Assembly (NCBI GenBank): GCA_008632985.1
Contig: QPGO01000020.1
Location: 124,001 to 188,000, forward strand
From: Psammoneis japonica
Lineage: Eukaryota
DNA length: 64,000 nt
Direction: 5' to 3'
The position numbers and the translations under genes were made by a program. The notes beneath the pieces are model-generated. The model was not told the DNA's origin, ran no database searches, and was given only the letters and a program-made list of their open reading frames with translations. Every line of letters begins with the position of its first letter. Positions within the stretch are counted from its first letter, which is position 1. Positions 25,801 to 38,811 of the stretch are shown piece after piece.

Positions 25801-27500
25801 TGATTCTCACAGGGGGGTGGTCAGCTGTCAGCAATGCCAAGGGCACACCATCCATTCCAGCCTTCATTGTGTTGGGGTGCAAGTTGCCAGCCATGGCTCC
25901 ACCCAGAGCAATGACTGCGACCAGCTTGTTGCTGCCACAGGCATGTCCAAGAGCATGAAACCTGGCAGCACACTTGTCATGAACCAACATGGCATGAACA
26001 GCCCCAAAACCACATTCAACAACCTCTTTTCCAAATTTTGGGGCCTTGTCTGTTGTTCTTGTCTTTCCAGATGTTGGCTGGTCTACAAAATGACACCTTG
26101 GCTCAACCTCCAAAGCCCTTTTTCATTTCTTGGAGCAGCTTGACCTGGCCAGGTTGTTTGAAGCCATGCTTGGTCTCTTTGAGAATGCCAGACACAAGGC
26201 ACCTGCTTCTGGGGTGTTCAAACAAACATTGGAGCTGGTTGCTGCCCAACTTGTTTGAAGATGCTCCTGGGTTTGTTTGAAAAGTTGTCACTGTGGTGCA
26301 TGGCTTCAACTTTGTCTTGCTTGCAGACAAGCTGCTTGACCAGGTGTGGCATGCAGTGCAGCACCTTTGTCAAAGCTTGGTGCAATCAACAAATGATGCT
26401 GGAAAACTGCTCCAAAGAAGAGATGAAATCATGCACAATTCAAGTGAGCAAATGCCTTGGCAGTCTGGGGACAACACCATGCAAGGTTGAGATGGAGGCT
26501 TGTGCAAGAAAATGAGCTGCAAGTGCCAGTCAAGATTTGTCAAAATGAGCATGCCAGCAGCAGATGAATTGGGGTGCAGGAAAACAACGAACACAGCTGA
26601 AAATGTCAATCCAGCAGGATTGACATGATTGCAAGCATTTTTTGCCATTGTTGGATGGTGAACAGTGGCTTGTTCATGCCATTTTGCTGTTTTTCTTGCC
26701 ACCTGATGCCAATGTGTGAACAAGAGAGTCATCCAATGGGGTCTTCTCTTTGGCATTGCATGCCATGCTCAGATGCATTCAGCTGTCAACAGCTCTTTGA
26801 CTGGCCCAGCATGGTGGGAACCCATCTTCATTTTGCAACAACTGTGGCATGCCCTCTGGGTGGCAAGAGCATTGAGCAAATTAGATTGGTGGGCACTGTC
26901 TTTCCAAAGTGGCCCAACGCACATTGTGCCACACAAGGTGCAGCTCAAATCCATCAAAAGCTGCACCCAACCCCAATCTGCCACCAAAGCTGCCACATCC
27001 CAAGTTTGGGACATGAGCCAGTTGTCACAATTGAGTGGAGGAAGCACAGCTTGCTGGCAAACCCTGCCAAGGCCATCACACATTGGCCCCCACACTGTCA
27101 AAGGATCCAAGGTCACACCATCATTGTCGCCACTTGTTGTTGATCTTGAGTGGCATGGGGCCAAACTTGCATCCAGGCAACTTGTGCTGGCTTGCAGAGA
27201 TCCACAACAACGTCCAGCAATGCAGCTGGGGCCAGTCTTGTTGTCATTGCCATCACCCCCACCGCAATTGAAACCAATGGTTTGAGTGCACAAAGTGCCT
27301 GCACGAGCCACCAACAAGTGGCCCACACCAGTCACAAGGGAAAGATGAGGTGTCTCCAACAATTTGTGAAAAAAATCTTGCACTGGCCAAGTCAAGGCAC
27401 TGCCACTGGATGACAAACCAGCTGCATCAATGAAAAACTGTTCTTGCTGTTGTTCAATTGTTTGTCTGTCATTGCTGCAGATTGGCAGCAGAGCAGATGT
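22900..27500 (-). pseudogene. menD: Hypermutated relic of a PHYLLO-like phylloquinone biosynthesis gene (menD core ~24500-26100; weaker menC-like downstream and menF-like upstream)
   Basis: HDKCAARFHALGHACGSNKLVAVI...NLHPNTMKAGMDGVPLALLTADHP matches the MenD pattern HDERSA.FYALG.AR...NLYPA..EA..D.VPL.LLTADRP. Also LFLSNAM and NNSGGISLFLP (ThDP-binding end), and EAHSLTGLH (MenC-like). Many stops and frameshifts. Confidence 0.75.
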
Positions 27501-27527
27501 CAACCCATGTTCAAGCCATCCTCACAG

Positions 27528-27711
27528 CCAGCACTCCAAATGCAAACTGATCCCAACTGGCAAACAGGAACACTGGGGTAAAACTTGACCAGGTTTGTTG
27601 CATTCAATGCAGCTGAAACCCAGCACTCCAAATGCAAACTGATCCCAACTGGCAAACAGGAACACTGGGATAAAACTTGACCAGGTTTGTTGCATTCAAT
27701 GCAGCTGAAAC
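27528..27711 (+). repeat. Tandem duplication, 2 x 92 bp
   Basis: ccagcactccaaatgcaaactgatccc...gcagctgaaacc repeated, with one substitution seen. Confidence 0.9.
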
Positions 27712-29150
27712 CACAGCCACATCACAACAGAAAAAGACAGTCACATGCAGAAAATGATGGTCCTCACACAGAAACTTGCTTCTGCCACCAGGACTTGCCA
27801 TCAACAGAGGCACACTCTTGCCTGCACTTTTGAGTGCCAAAGCAGCAGCAGCAAGATCAATCCTCAAAGAATCAAGCTCAATGGGCTGACAGGCAGAAAG
27901 AGGGTCATTTGGGACTTGAAAGTGTGCGCCCAGAACACCTTGATGTTGAGATGCATTGGAGCTTGACCACAATTGCTGACACATGCAGAAGCAGCACTGG
28001 ATCTTGTGCAGAAAGATGAAGTTGTGCAGCCAATGAAAATGACATGGAAAGTTGGTTTAATTTTGTGCTCAAGAGTGCAGCAATGGAGGCAGCACTTTTG
28101 CTGTGCAAAGTGAAGAACTTGATTGGCTGGCAATGAGAAGATGGGTTGTTGAGAGCCAGCAGGTGTGGACAAAAACGGTTCTGAGATTTGATGGTGTGAC
28201 CACTGGCAGAGATGTCTGCAGTGCACAGAATCTGTGCCAGATCCTGCATGGAAAGTTGCATCAGCAGAAAATCAAAAGAAGAAACAACAAGCACGCAAGC
28301 TTGGCAAAGGTGTCACCGCCAGCTGTTTTCCACTGAGAACATCATTTGTTTGTCATGCTGAAGAAATGCAGTGCCATTGCAGAAGTGGCTAAAATGGGCT
28401 TGCAAGACCAAGCAACACTCCATCTAAAATGGTGCTGACATCCGTGCCAGAGGTTGCACAGAAAATGCACGCAGGGTGGAGGACAAGAAGCTGACATCAA
28501 AAAAGTCTGGTCAACTGAGTCCAATCCTCTTTCTGTTGCTGTTCATGTTGTGGCAGTTGCAAAATGCATTCACACCCACCATCAACCCATGCTGCAGTGC
28601 AGCACCCTCACTCTGCTTGCCTGGCAAGCTGCAAACTTGCTTGGCTTCATTGGGGCCATCTGCTCCAAAGCCATTTGTGGGTTTTGCAGTGCATTTCAAG
28701 AATCCATTTGGCTTTCTCATGGCACCCATGTTGCCAACTTCCAACCCATCTGCAGTGCAACAACGCCTTCTTGTTGTGGTTGGTTTGTGGATGTGACAGC
28801 ATGACGACAGACCAGATCTGTTCCACACACATGAAGTTGCATTTTTCTCTGCACCCAGCTTGTGAGATGGTTGGATCCTCATTCAAAAAAATTTCTTGAC
28901 TCTGCTGCCACAATGACAATCTCCTCCTCTGCATTGCATGTGGTGTTTGAGGTGCCAATGTTCCTTGCTGGCAACCCACCTGCTTCTCAAAGTGGTGCAC
29001 CCTTTGCCTTGGAAGCCATTTTTGTGCACTGTCTCTCTGGCTTTCTTGCAAGGCAAACAACCACTGCCAAAAATTGGCTTGTCTTCAACATTCATGCCAG
29101 AGCACAAACACAGCCAATGGCCTGCATGGAGCAGTTGATGCTTGTGCACT

Positions 29151-30576
29151 GGCAAGAGCAACACACCACTGGGCTCATGCTCACATTTGTCATGCTCACA
29201 CACATGGCAAGAAATCTGGCTGCACCCATCTTTCTGCCTTCATGCATGGCTGCTTGTCTTGTTGACATCCTTGTTTCATCTTTTTAGGGCACCAATCTGT
29301 GCAGTTCACAGGGGGCTCTGAGTGGCAAAAGAAGAGAAATGAAACACTCATGATCTCTCCTTTTTGAAGAATCATCCATCTCCAAGCCAGTCATCATGGA
29401 TTTCTTGACCCCTGGATTTCTTGACCCCAACTTTCATTCATTCATCAAGGCAACAATGTGACTTTGTTGATCTTCACTTTGATGAAACACATTTTAAAAT
29501 TTGTGGCAGAGGGGTTGCTCAAACTTGCAAAGCAGGCATTGGCAAAGACTTCATGAGTGACAATGTGCCCGTCACCCAAACACTTCATTTGACTTCAAGC
29601 CAAAGTGAGCTGAATGAACAGTGTTGGCAAGAGCAACACACCACTGGGCTCATGCTCACATTTGCCGCGCTCCCACAAATGGCAAGAAATCTGACTGCAC
29701 CCATCTTTCTTCATGCACGGCTGCTTGTCTTGTTGACAATCTTCTTTCATCCTTTTGGGACACACCAATCTGTGCAGTTCACAGGGGGCTCTGAGTGGCA
29801 AAAGAAGAGAAATGAAACACTCCTGATCTCTCCTTTTTGAAGAATCATCCATCTCCAAGCCAGTCATCATGGATTTCTTGACCCCTGGATTTCTTGACCC
29901 CAACTTTCATTCATTCATCAAGGCAACAATGTGACTTTGTTGATCTTCACTTTGATGAAACACATTTTAAAATTTGTGGCAGAGGGATTGCTCAAACTTG
30001 CAAAGCAGGCATTGGCAAAGACTTCATGAATGACAATGTGCCCGTCACCCAAACACTTCATTTGACTTCAAGCCAAAGTGAGCTGAATGAACAGTGTTGG
30101 CAAGAGCAACACACCACTGGGCTCATGCTCACATTTGCCACGCTCCCACAAATGGCAAGAAATCTGACTGCACCCATCTTTCTTCATGCATGGCTGCTTG
30201 TCTTGTTGACAATCTTCTCTCATCCTTTTGGGACACACCAATCTGTGCAGTTCACAGGGGGCTCTGAGTGGCAAAAGAAGAGAAATGAAACACTCCTGAT
30301 CTCTCCTTTTTGAAGAATCATCCATCTCCAAGCCACTCATCATGGATTTCTTGACCCCTGGATTTCTTGACCCCAACTTTCATTCATTCATCAAGGCAAC
30401 AATGTGACCTTGTTGATCTTCACTTTGATGAAACACACTTTAAAATTTGTGGCAGAGGGGTTGCTCAAACTTGCAAAGCAGGCATTGGCAAAGACTTCAT
30501 GATCATGGCTGTGAAGGACAATGTGCCCATCACCCAAACACTTCATTTGACTTCAAGCCAAAGTGAGCCAAATGAA
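29151..30576 (+). repeat. Tandem repeat, 3 x ~473 bp
   Basis: ggcaagagcaacacaccactggg recurs at 29151, 29626 and 30099; near-identical ORF translations start at 29421, 29894 and 30367. Confidence 0.92.
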
Positions 30577-33345
30577 AAGTGTGCTCAGATTTCAAATTCT
30601 GAGCAATGCAGAAAAGTCAATTGTGAGTGTGGATTCACTGTCACTTTTTGCTGTCACATTGTTGATGCAATCCAGGCAATGAATGCACAAATTAATTTTG
30701 CACTCTGTCCTTGTTCTGAACTTTGATGTGTTGCTGGCTTTTCTTGACATGTGACAACAAGAAAAGCGTGCTTTTGTGCATCATGGCCACAAGCTTTGAA
30801 GTGCATGTTCACACCTTGATTGAGCTTGGGGAGCTTGATTTTGAAAGCAGCAATTTGTTTGACTTTTGTGATTTTGCATCGATCAAAAAATGGTCCTCAG
30901 CTGAGTTGAGTTAATGTTCAACGTGTTTCAAAGCACAAAAATTGATGAAACAATTTGGGGTTGTGGTTTCACAGGGAGTGCTTTGTGCCACATGGACATT
31001 GGCAAAACAATTTGAGGACTGTGGTCTTGCAGTGCTTTGTGCCGCCCACAGAGATGCAAAATCACAAACAGACAAACAAGCAGTGACTGGGTTTGCCAAT
31101 TTCCAAACTGTAAAAATGAAGATCGCAGCACTGCCTGACAACCAAAACCAGAAGAAAGAAACAAGAAGTGACTCCTCTCTTTGCCCTTGAACATGCAGAG
31201 ATGAGCATGGGCCAAAGATTTGTGGAAAACAAGGGGTTCTTGAATGCACAAAATGAGAAGAGAGTTGATGAACCACTCTTGTTTAGAACCTTGAACACTC
31301 AAATGGCATTTGTGGTTTGACCACAACACAGCTGTTTGAGAAGCTGATGGCATTTTTCATGACTTGCAGCTCAAGGCATGTTGGTGCATGATCACACATG
31401 CAGCAGCACCTTTGGAGCATGCCACTTGCCAGAACAAACAGTTCTCTGTGCTCAGGCTTTGTCCATCAGCCACTCCCGTGTCACAAAGATATCTTTTTTG
31501 CTGGACCTGCTGCTTCCATCAAGATGAAGTTTAGAGTCCAGGCCATTCCCCCAACCATTGACAAAACAGCTCCTGCAAAACCTTTCTGTCTGTTGCCCCT
31601 CCCCCCTCCCCTGCAAAAAGCAGCTCTTGAGAATGACAGTGCCACCCAAATGCTGGGTGTGGCAGTTGAGGCTGTTTTCCAAGCTGCCAGCTGAGACATC
31701 AAACCTGGGGGCTGTGAGCACTCCTGGAGTCACAAGACATGTGGCAACCGGCCCATGTTTCTGATGATGGTGGCAGCACTGAGCTCTTCCTGCACAGCTT
31801 CTCAGCAGTGCACCTGGACCTCCAGAGTGCCAGCCTGGCTCACAACTCATTGGAGTTGCCCCCTCCTTGCTGCCATGATGGCACTTTGTGTTGTCAAGAG
31901 AGCACAAGCAAGCTGGCTGGACTGCTCAGCCCCACACACCACAACCTCTTACAGAACAGTGCCAGCTTGAGGGTTGCCACTGCTGCAAAGATCACTGGCC
32001 AAAGCCAGAGATGGCAGGTGCTCCTGTTGGTGCCCCATGCTGCAGCAGCTGCAAAGTGGTTTGCAAGCCTGCTCAAGCTTGTTTGCCAGACTGTGTGGGG
32101 CTGTTCACTTTGAATGAAAAGCACAAAAATGTTGTTGTCAAACAGGCCCTTCTGTCATGTCCAACATTGCCTCTGCCTGTCCAGTGTGCAAATGCATGAG
32201 TTGCCTGCCCTCAGCTTGCCTCAGCAGCACACTTGTGCAAAGCAACAGAGCTGATTTCGCTCTGTCAACCCCTTGATGGAGATGCAACCAGAGAAATTGT
32301 TTTGTTGCATGGTGGTGACAGCAAGAGTTCCCCCCTTGTCATTGACACACAACCCTGCTCATTGCTGCAAACAGGAGAGCACCTGTTTTTGCTGGCCAAT
32401 GCATGATGTGAGACAACAACAAATGCTCCCAAGCAACAGCCCCTTGGAATTGCTTCTCACATTGAGCTGGGTTTGACTTGTGACATGTCAAAAAAGCAAG
32501 TGGGAAGCTCAGCGGCATTTTGCCAGTCACAGACAAGCACAAAAGCTCAGCGGCATTTTGCCAGGCCACAGACAAGCATGAAAGTTTGTCATGTGCCCAG
32601 CCAAGGCACTGGCACATTGGGTGCACCACACAGTTGGAGGCAAGAAGCATGACACCATTTGCAAATCAAGCAACATGCTCCCAAAGTGCACCTGACCCAT
32701 GAGCAGCTGAAAGCCTCCCTCGGCAAAGAGAGCAGTGGCATCTTGGAGGCACAGCCACCCTGGGCAACAAAGAGCCAACATGCCTCTGTCCCTGCTTGTG
32801 TGGTTCAAAGCAAAAAAACTCTTGGCAAGGTCAGGTCCAGGAGTCATTGAGCATGCCAAGCACTTGACCTGAAATGCACCAGCGGTGACAACTCTCTTCT
32901 GCTCACGGTGCTGTGACAACTCTCCTCTGCTCACAGTGCTGTGCAGCACCCGCTGGTCTTTTCTCAAAAGCTTTTGCTTGCCAGCAAAAGGTCTGAAGCA
33001 AGCAGCCAAGCTTGCAAGTTTTTATTTTCCCCAGCCATTCACAAGTGCAGAGCCTTTGAGTCAATGTGTGGTGCAGCTTGAGCAGCCAAACCACACTGCA
33101 AGAGGAGAGCACCTGCTGGGGGGCAGGGCAAAGGGAGCTGGTGCAGCTGGTGCCCTGGGCTTGGCTCAAAGCCAGTCTGGGGTGCTGGACTCAGCCTGGC
33201 AGCACACACCACTCTCTGTGTCACATGGTCACCCTGCAGCTGCAGTGTGCACCGATGTGTCTGCAGCAATCACCCCAGATGACAAAGAAGAAGCCAATGA
33301 CCATTGAATCTCTGGCCCCATGCTTGCACACTGAACACGGTCAAT
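30520..33345. repeat. Copy A of a ~2.6-2.8 kb diverged duplicated segment (fully TpA-mutated)
   Basis: Colinear with 33750-36270 (shared anchors tgacttc.agccaaagt, cagatttcaaattctgagcaat, acgtgtttcaaagcac, gagcctttgagtcaatg, ctgcagcaa..accc). Confidence 0.75.
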
Positions 33346-33390
33346 TTTTGGCCAGTTCGCTCCTTTCCCCCCTTTTCGGTAAAGATTTCA

Positions 33391-33748
33391 CAGTGCCACC
33401 GAAAAACTCAAAAACTGACATCATGTCGGGTAAGTAAAGTAGATTTTGGCCATTTTACGAGAAAAATGAAGTAGATTTTTTACTTGTTTCTACTGGCTTT
33501 CTACAGGTAATCTCAGCATAGTCTGAACGTCGCTCCGAAGAATGCAGAAAAGCACAAACAACCTACCTGTTCTGCACAGGGTCTTACTCGCGCGATAACG
33601 CGCATGCCCACCAAGATTTTCTTGCACTGGGAGCTCGTTTTCTTACAAATAAGTAGCTTTCAGGTAAGGGGAAGTAGATTTAGTAGATTTCGAGCTATTT
33701 ACCAAGAAAACGTCATGATGTCAGTCTTTGATTTTTTCGGTGGCACTT
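33391..33748. mobile_element. MITE / non-autonomous DNA transposon with ~34-bp terminal inverted repeats (Tc1/mariner-like ends)
   Basis: agtgccaccgaaaaactcaaaaactgacatcatg (33392-33425) is the reverse complement of 33714-33747 with 2 mismatches. Begins CAGTG; no convincing coding content. Confidence 0.75.
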
Positions 33749-33749
33749 T

Positions 33750-36270
33750 GTGGCTGGTTAACGACAAGCCCATAACCAGATCTCTTTATCTGACTTCGAG
33801 CCAAAGTAAGCTAAATGGTTAGTGTAAATCGTTAAGTGCCATTTCCACTTCGACACAAAGAAAGCTAAATGGTTAGTGTAAATCGTTAAGTGTCATTTCC
33901 ACTTCGACACAAAGAGAGCTAAATGCTTGACGGTAGTGGTCAGATTTCAAATTCTGAGCAATACAGAAATGTCAATGATGAATTAGGATTTTCGATCGCT
34001 TCTGCCGTAAATATCATTACGCCAATGCCACTAATGAATCCACAAATGAATTTGTATTCCATCCTTTTCCTGAACTTTGATCTGTCGGCATTTTCGATAC
34101 GAGTACGCGATGACAACAATAAAGCATGCTTGTATGTGTCATGGCCATAAGCTGTGAGGCGTACCGTCACATTTGGATTGAACTCGGGGATCTTGATGTC
34201 GAAAATAGCCATTTGTTTGACATTCGTGATTTTTCATCGCCCACAAATTGGGATTTCAACTGAGTCGAGTTGATGTTGGACGTGTTTCAAAGCACTGCAT
34301 TTGATGAAACAATTGAGGGCTCTGGAATTATGGCATTAATGCCATGGAGACTTAAAACAGTAAATGGGTTGACAATCAAGCAGTGATCGTGCTTGCCAAC
34401 ATTTCCAAACATGTGACAACAAAAATTGCATCACTCAACAACAACAACCAACAACCCCTCAAGAGAGAAACAAGAAAAGTGATTCCTCTTTGCACTTGAA
34501 TTAAAAGAGACAAGAATGCACAACAAACATTTGAGAAGGACAAGAAGCTCTTGAGTGCATGAAACAAGAAGAGAGTCAATGAATCGCTCTTGTTTCGAAC
34601 CTCTTGCCCTGTTCTGTTCATCATGGTGGCAGTTGGTTGAAAGGTTGGTTGTGGTTTTTTATGCGACTTGCAGCTTGAGGCATGTTGGTGCATGGACACA
34701 TGGCCCATGTGTGGTGTGTCACCTTTGGAATGTGCCACTTGTGGGGGTTGAGTGGACAGCTCTCTGTGCTCAAGCTTTGTCGGCCAAATGCTCCGTCAAA
34801 ATCCAGATGCTGCCCCATCTCACCCGACCATCAACAAAAAAGTTCTTGCAAAATGCTGTTGCCTGTTTCCCTCTTCCTCTGCAGAGCAGCTCTCTCAGTG
34901 ACAGCACTGCCCACATGCCAGACTGTGCTCAAGAATGCTTTCCAACCTGCCAGCCAAGACACCCAACTCGGGGCTGTGTGGGCTCGAATCTCTCTCAAGA
35001 CAAGCTGACATTTCTGCCTGGCACTGGTGGCAATGCTGAGCCCTCCTTCCTGTTTGACTTCCCAGGTGGTGTGTCCAGACCTTCTGTGTGCTAGCTCAAC
35101 CACAAGAGTCACTGTTTTTGCTGGCTTTGTTGGCAGGATGTGCCAAGGCTGCTCTGGCCATGTGTGCCTGGCTGGCACCACAATGCAAGGACAGTTGCAA
35201 CAGCACTTTCTGCTGTCAGCAAAGAGTGTGAGCTGGCTGGACTGCCCAACCCCACACTTCACAGCTCATCAGCAGTTGCTTCAAATCAAGTGCCAACTTG
35301 GGGTCAACTGCACCTGACTGGCTGCAATGCAAAGACAGCCATGGCAGCACTTTGTGACAACAAAGAGAGTGTGAGCTGGCTCCAAACCCCACACTTCACA
35401 GCCCCTCAGCACTGGCTCCCAATCAAATGCAAACTTGGGGCCAATGGCCATGAAGCCATCATTGCATCCGCTGCTGTGCCTGGCCCCTCACACACAGCTT
35501 TGCACAGGGTCAACATGTGTGGCCTTTGCAAGATGGGCCCCTGGCTGACTGCTGACTTCTCAGCCACGGCTTGCAACAAGCTGCTCCAATGCAGACCATT
35601 GTGAAGTGAACGAAGATCACTCAGAGTTGGCTGCTGTCCTGGGGCTTCATTCAAAGCTGAGCTGGGCTGCTTGGCTCCTTGGTGTGCGGCACATGCTTGG
35701 CATCACATTGTTGCCAAGCAGCCACATGGCATGTGCCCACCATTTGTGCCTGCAACAGCACCCCCCAGCCACAAAGAAGCCAACAAAAACTTGAACCTGC
35801 TTTTTTAGTTGAAGAAAGAAGAAACTGCCAGCGAAATTGGGTTCAAGATTTGCTGGCAATGCCATGTGGGCAACCAAAGAGAGGTGCCAAAAGTGGCTGT
35901 TCTTGCTCATTTCTCAAGAGGAGCTGCACTCATGATGCAGGGTCTGAAGCAAGCACCAGTCAAGATGACAGTTTTTTCTCTCTGCCCCACTTGAAACAGA
36001 GCCTTTGAGTCAATGCGATGCTCCTTCAACAACTGACGCACACTGGGAGGAGCAGGAGCTGGAGCCAGGGCAGCTGGCCTGGCAGGGCTTGGCTGACAAC
36101 CAAGCTGGGCTGCTCAGCTTGGTGGCACACACTCAGTGTCACATTGTCATCCTCCTGCAGCTGCGGTGTGCCCCACTCTTGCTTTTTGCACCTGCAGCAA
36201 CCACCCTGGACCAAAAGAAGCCAGCGCAACTCTGGCCCTGGCTGCATGGTCAATTTGTGTGTGTGTTCAA
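33750..36270. repeat. Copy B of the duplicated segment (unmutated to ~34370, mutated beyond)
   Basis: See copy A. The unmutated part carries a short minus-strand ORF 33940-34212 with normal Tyr content. Confidence 0.75.
33808..33925 (+). repeat. Tandem repeat, 2.2 x 54 bp
   Basis: aagctaaatggttagtgtaaatcgttaagtg.catttccacttcgacacaaaga occurs at 33808 and 33862. Confidence 0.9.
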
Positions 36271-36985
36271 CTGCAATGTGCAGCTGCTGATGAGAGTCAA
36301 TGTGTCACGGCGATGTGTTGCAGCCTTTAAATGTCACAAAGGGCGTGACAACAATGACCTTTTGTCTGCATGCATGCTGCATTGTGAATTCACAGCGGAG
36401 TGGTTCATCGCAACCATCAGGCAGGAGGCCAGGGGTTCGAAACCCTGAGTGGGAGTTGTCTGCAGCAACGTTGATCACTGTCGAACGCGCAAAAACTCTG
36501 TGCAGTTCTGTGTGTTCCTTCGCACGCACCCACACTGTTCCGCCAAAACCATGCAGTGTCAGCGCACGTTGGCAAAGAGCCACATGGACGCGTGACACAT
36601 GGGGAGGAGTGCAACACACAGCTGCCAACAAGAGTTGATGCATCACGGCGACGTGTTGCAGCCTTTAAATGTCACAAAGGGCGTGACAATGACAACCTTT
36701 TGTCTGCATGCATGCTGCACAATGGTCAACTCCCCTCCTTTTTTCCCTTTTCCTTCAATCGGCCACGAACATGAAAAAATTGCCCCCTTTTCCTTCGTGC
36801 GGCGGCCGGCACACCCGACCTCACACGCACCGGGAACATGAAAAATTTGCTTGCATCGCACGCAGGCCGCAGAAGCCGCGCAGGAGATTGAAGATGATAA
36901 AAATGGCGATTGACAGCGCTTTCTCCTCCGCATTTCGCACATTTGCTGTTTGCACAATCGTTCTCTAGAGCGCACAGCCCATTCC

Positions 36986-38298
36986 ATGGCAACAATGACA
37001 AAGCATCGAGGCGGTGCGTTTGGCTTTCAAGTTCTGTTGAGGCTGCATGGGTCAGCACTGTTCAAGGCTGCAGGTCCTGCCTTGATCGTGATGGTGTTTT
37101 TCATCATCTTTTTCCATTTCTTCAACCTGCATGACAACGGAAACAGAGTGTTTGATCACCCGCATCCGATGGGAGCACTGATTGCCTCCTTTGCCTTTCT
37201 GCTGACATTCAAAACTTCCTTTTCTTGTCACCGCATGAGCAGGCATTGGGTGTGGTGCTTTTGTTGCGCAGACTTGAGAATGAACTCGGAATGCATTGAA
37301 AGTTGAAGGCACTTGCATCCATTTTCATCTTGCCGCTGTCCTCTGCATCTCTGATGTTGGGTGCATCATTGCTGCAGCATTGGGAAGCAGGTGAGCATGA
37401 GGCCGTCAATCGGAAACCCACGGCACAATCGCTCACAGTGCTGTGTCTCCTGCAGCGACTGTCGTTCATCAAATGCACTCCAAATGGTTGGATGTTGGTG
37501 TGGAACTTGCAGCATTTCATTTGCAGTCAGACAGACACATGCAGCCTCCATCCTTTGGGCAATTTCCACAGGCAACCTCTGTCAAACAGGAGCAGGAACG
37601 ATTGAATGAAATGACGCGACAAGATTTAGAAGACCACCTTGACGAAATTGAAAGCATGCAGGGGCATGATGTTCAATTGTCGCTGCGGCATCGTGTGAAG
37701 AAATCTTTCAGAGGAGTGCGATTCTCCTCACGACAAAGACAGCTGCAACAACAGAGACCTCCACAAGTCATCGTCGCAAAAGCATCTGACCGAAACGAAT
37801 CTCTCGAGTCCCTGTCAATGCGAGGGCCCAAAAACAAATGCTCCAATGCAGAGACCAACACAGAGTGTCAATGCACCGACAAGGAAACCGCGAAGGACTG
37901 TCGGCAATCCCATTCAAAGACAGCCACAACACATCAAGCGACGAATCCAGAATGTTGACGACGACACGAGTCACTCAACGGCTTTGCAACTTTCCACATG
38001 CAGATCAGTCATCCGGAGCATGGCTCCAACGGAGCGATTCGACCCTTCCTTGTTGCTCCAAGAAGCAGCTCATTTGATGTCGTTGCTGTCTGCTGTTGCT
38101 TTGACAACCCTTCGAAATGATTTGGAACAAGCAGAAAGCCCACTGTCCAAGTTTGAACCAGGCACGCCGTGGCCTCATGTTGATCCTGACGATCACGACG
38201 CTGACATTCGTGGGGGGTGGGAATCGACTCACCGCAGCCTGGTGGTCTTGCAGCATCCATTTGGTCACACACGCACAGCACGGGCGCGGACTTTGTAC
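36986..38298 (+). pseudogene. Bestrophin-like (RFP-TM chloride channel family) gene, 5' part, interrupted by copia and hypermutated
   Basis: GFQVLLRLHGSALFKA, HPHPMGALIASFAFLLTFKTSFSCHR, HWEA, HQMHSKWLDV, SLLLQEAAHLMSLLSAVALTTLRND. The frame continues across the element once one TSD copy is removed. Confidence 0.8.
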
Positions 38299-38521
38299 CG
38301 AGTGAAATCCGATGCATCAGAGTCTGTCTGGTGCACTCTACAAGTTGAAGTGGCGGGACTGTGACGTGGTGTCGGTGGAAAAGTGACCATGACCATCGAT
38401 TGGTCTCACTTGTTGCATCCGTTGTAGTTGCAACAGGCCTAGAAGCATCTCATCGGTTGTGTTTGCGTTGTCGCACTAAGACTGTGAGTGGCTGAGCCCA
38501 CTCGGCAGCTAGATTTACTCG
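38299..38521 (+). repeat. 5' LTR (CGAGT...ACTCG)
   Basis: Same length as, and alignable without gaps to, 44600-44822. Confidence 0.95.
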
Positions 38522-38811
38522 CTTCATCAGAGCCAAGTCGTTGGCTCAAGTTTAGTTTGACGAAAAGCGTTGAACAACTGCAGAGAGACGGTCGTGCCAT
38601 TGTGGCAGGGTTGTGGCGACGAATGCCGGTCGATCGAAGGGTGCATGATGATCATCATCACCTGGCATCAGTGAATGCACGAGCAGTGAGGAGACATGGC
38701 CAGTCTCCATGCTTCTAATGGCTGTGTGTTATCGTCAACACAAACTGAGACATCCTTTTGAATTTATGATTTCTCACATGACTCTGTTTTCCCACTGGTG
38801 TGGGTGCCACC

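Noticed and set aside
29151..30576. CRISPR-like array
   Set aside because: Units are 473-bp whole duplications with no unique spacers, there are no cas genes, and the context is eukaryotic. The same applies to the 54-bp and 92-bp repeats.
22900..37000. Dense overlapping Cys/His/Gln-rich ORFs in all six frames (possible novel metal-binding proteins)
   Set aside because: They are an expected artefact of TAA/TAG loss and TG/CA excess; there are no coherent domains beyond the relics listed.
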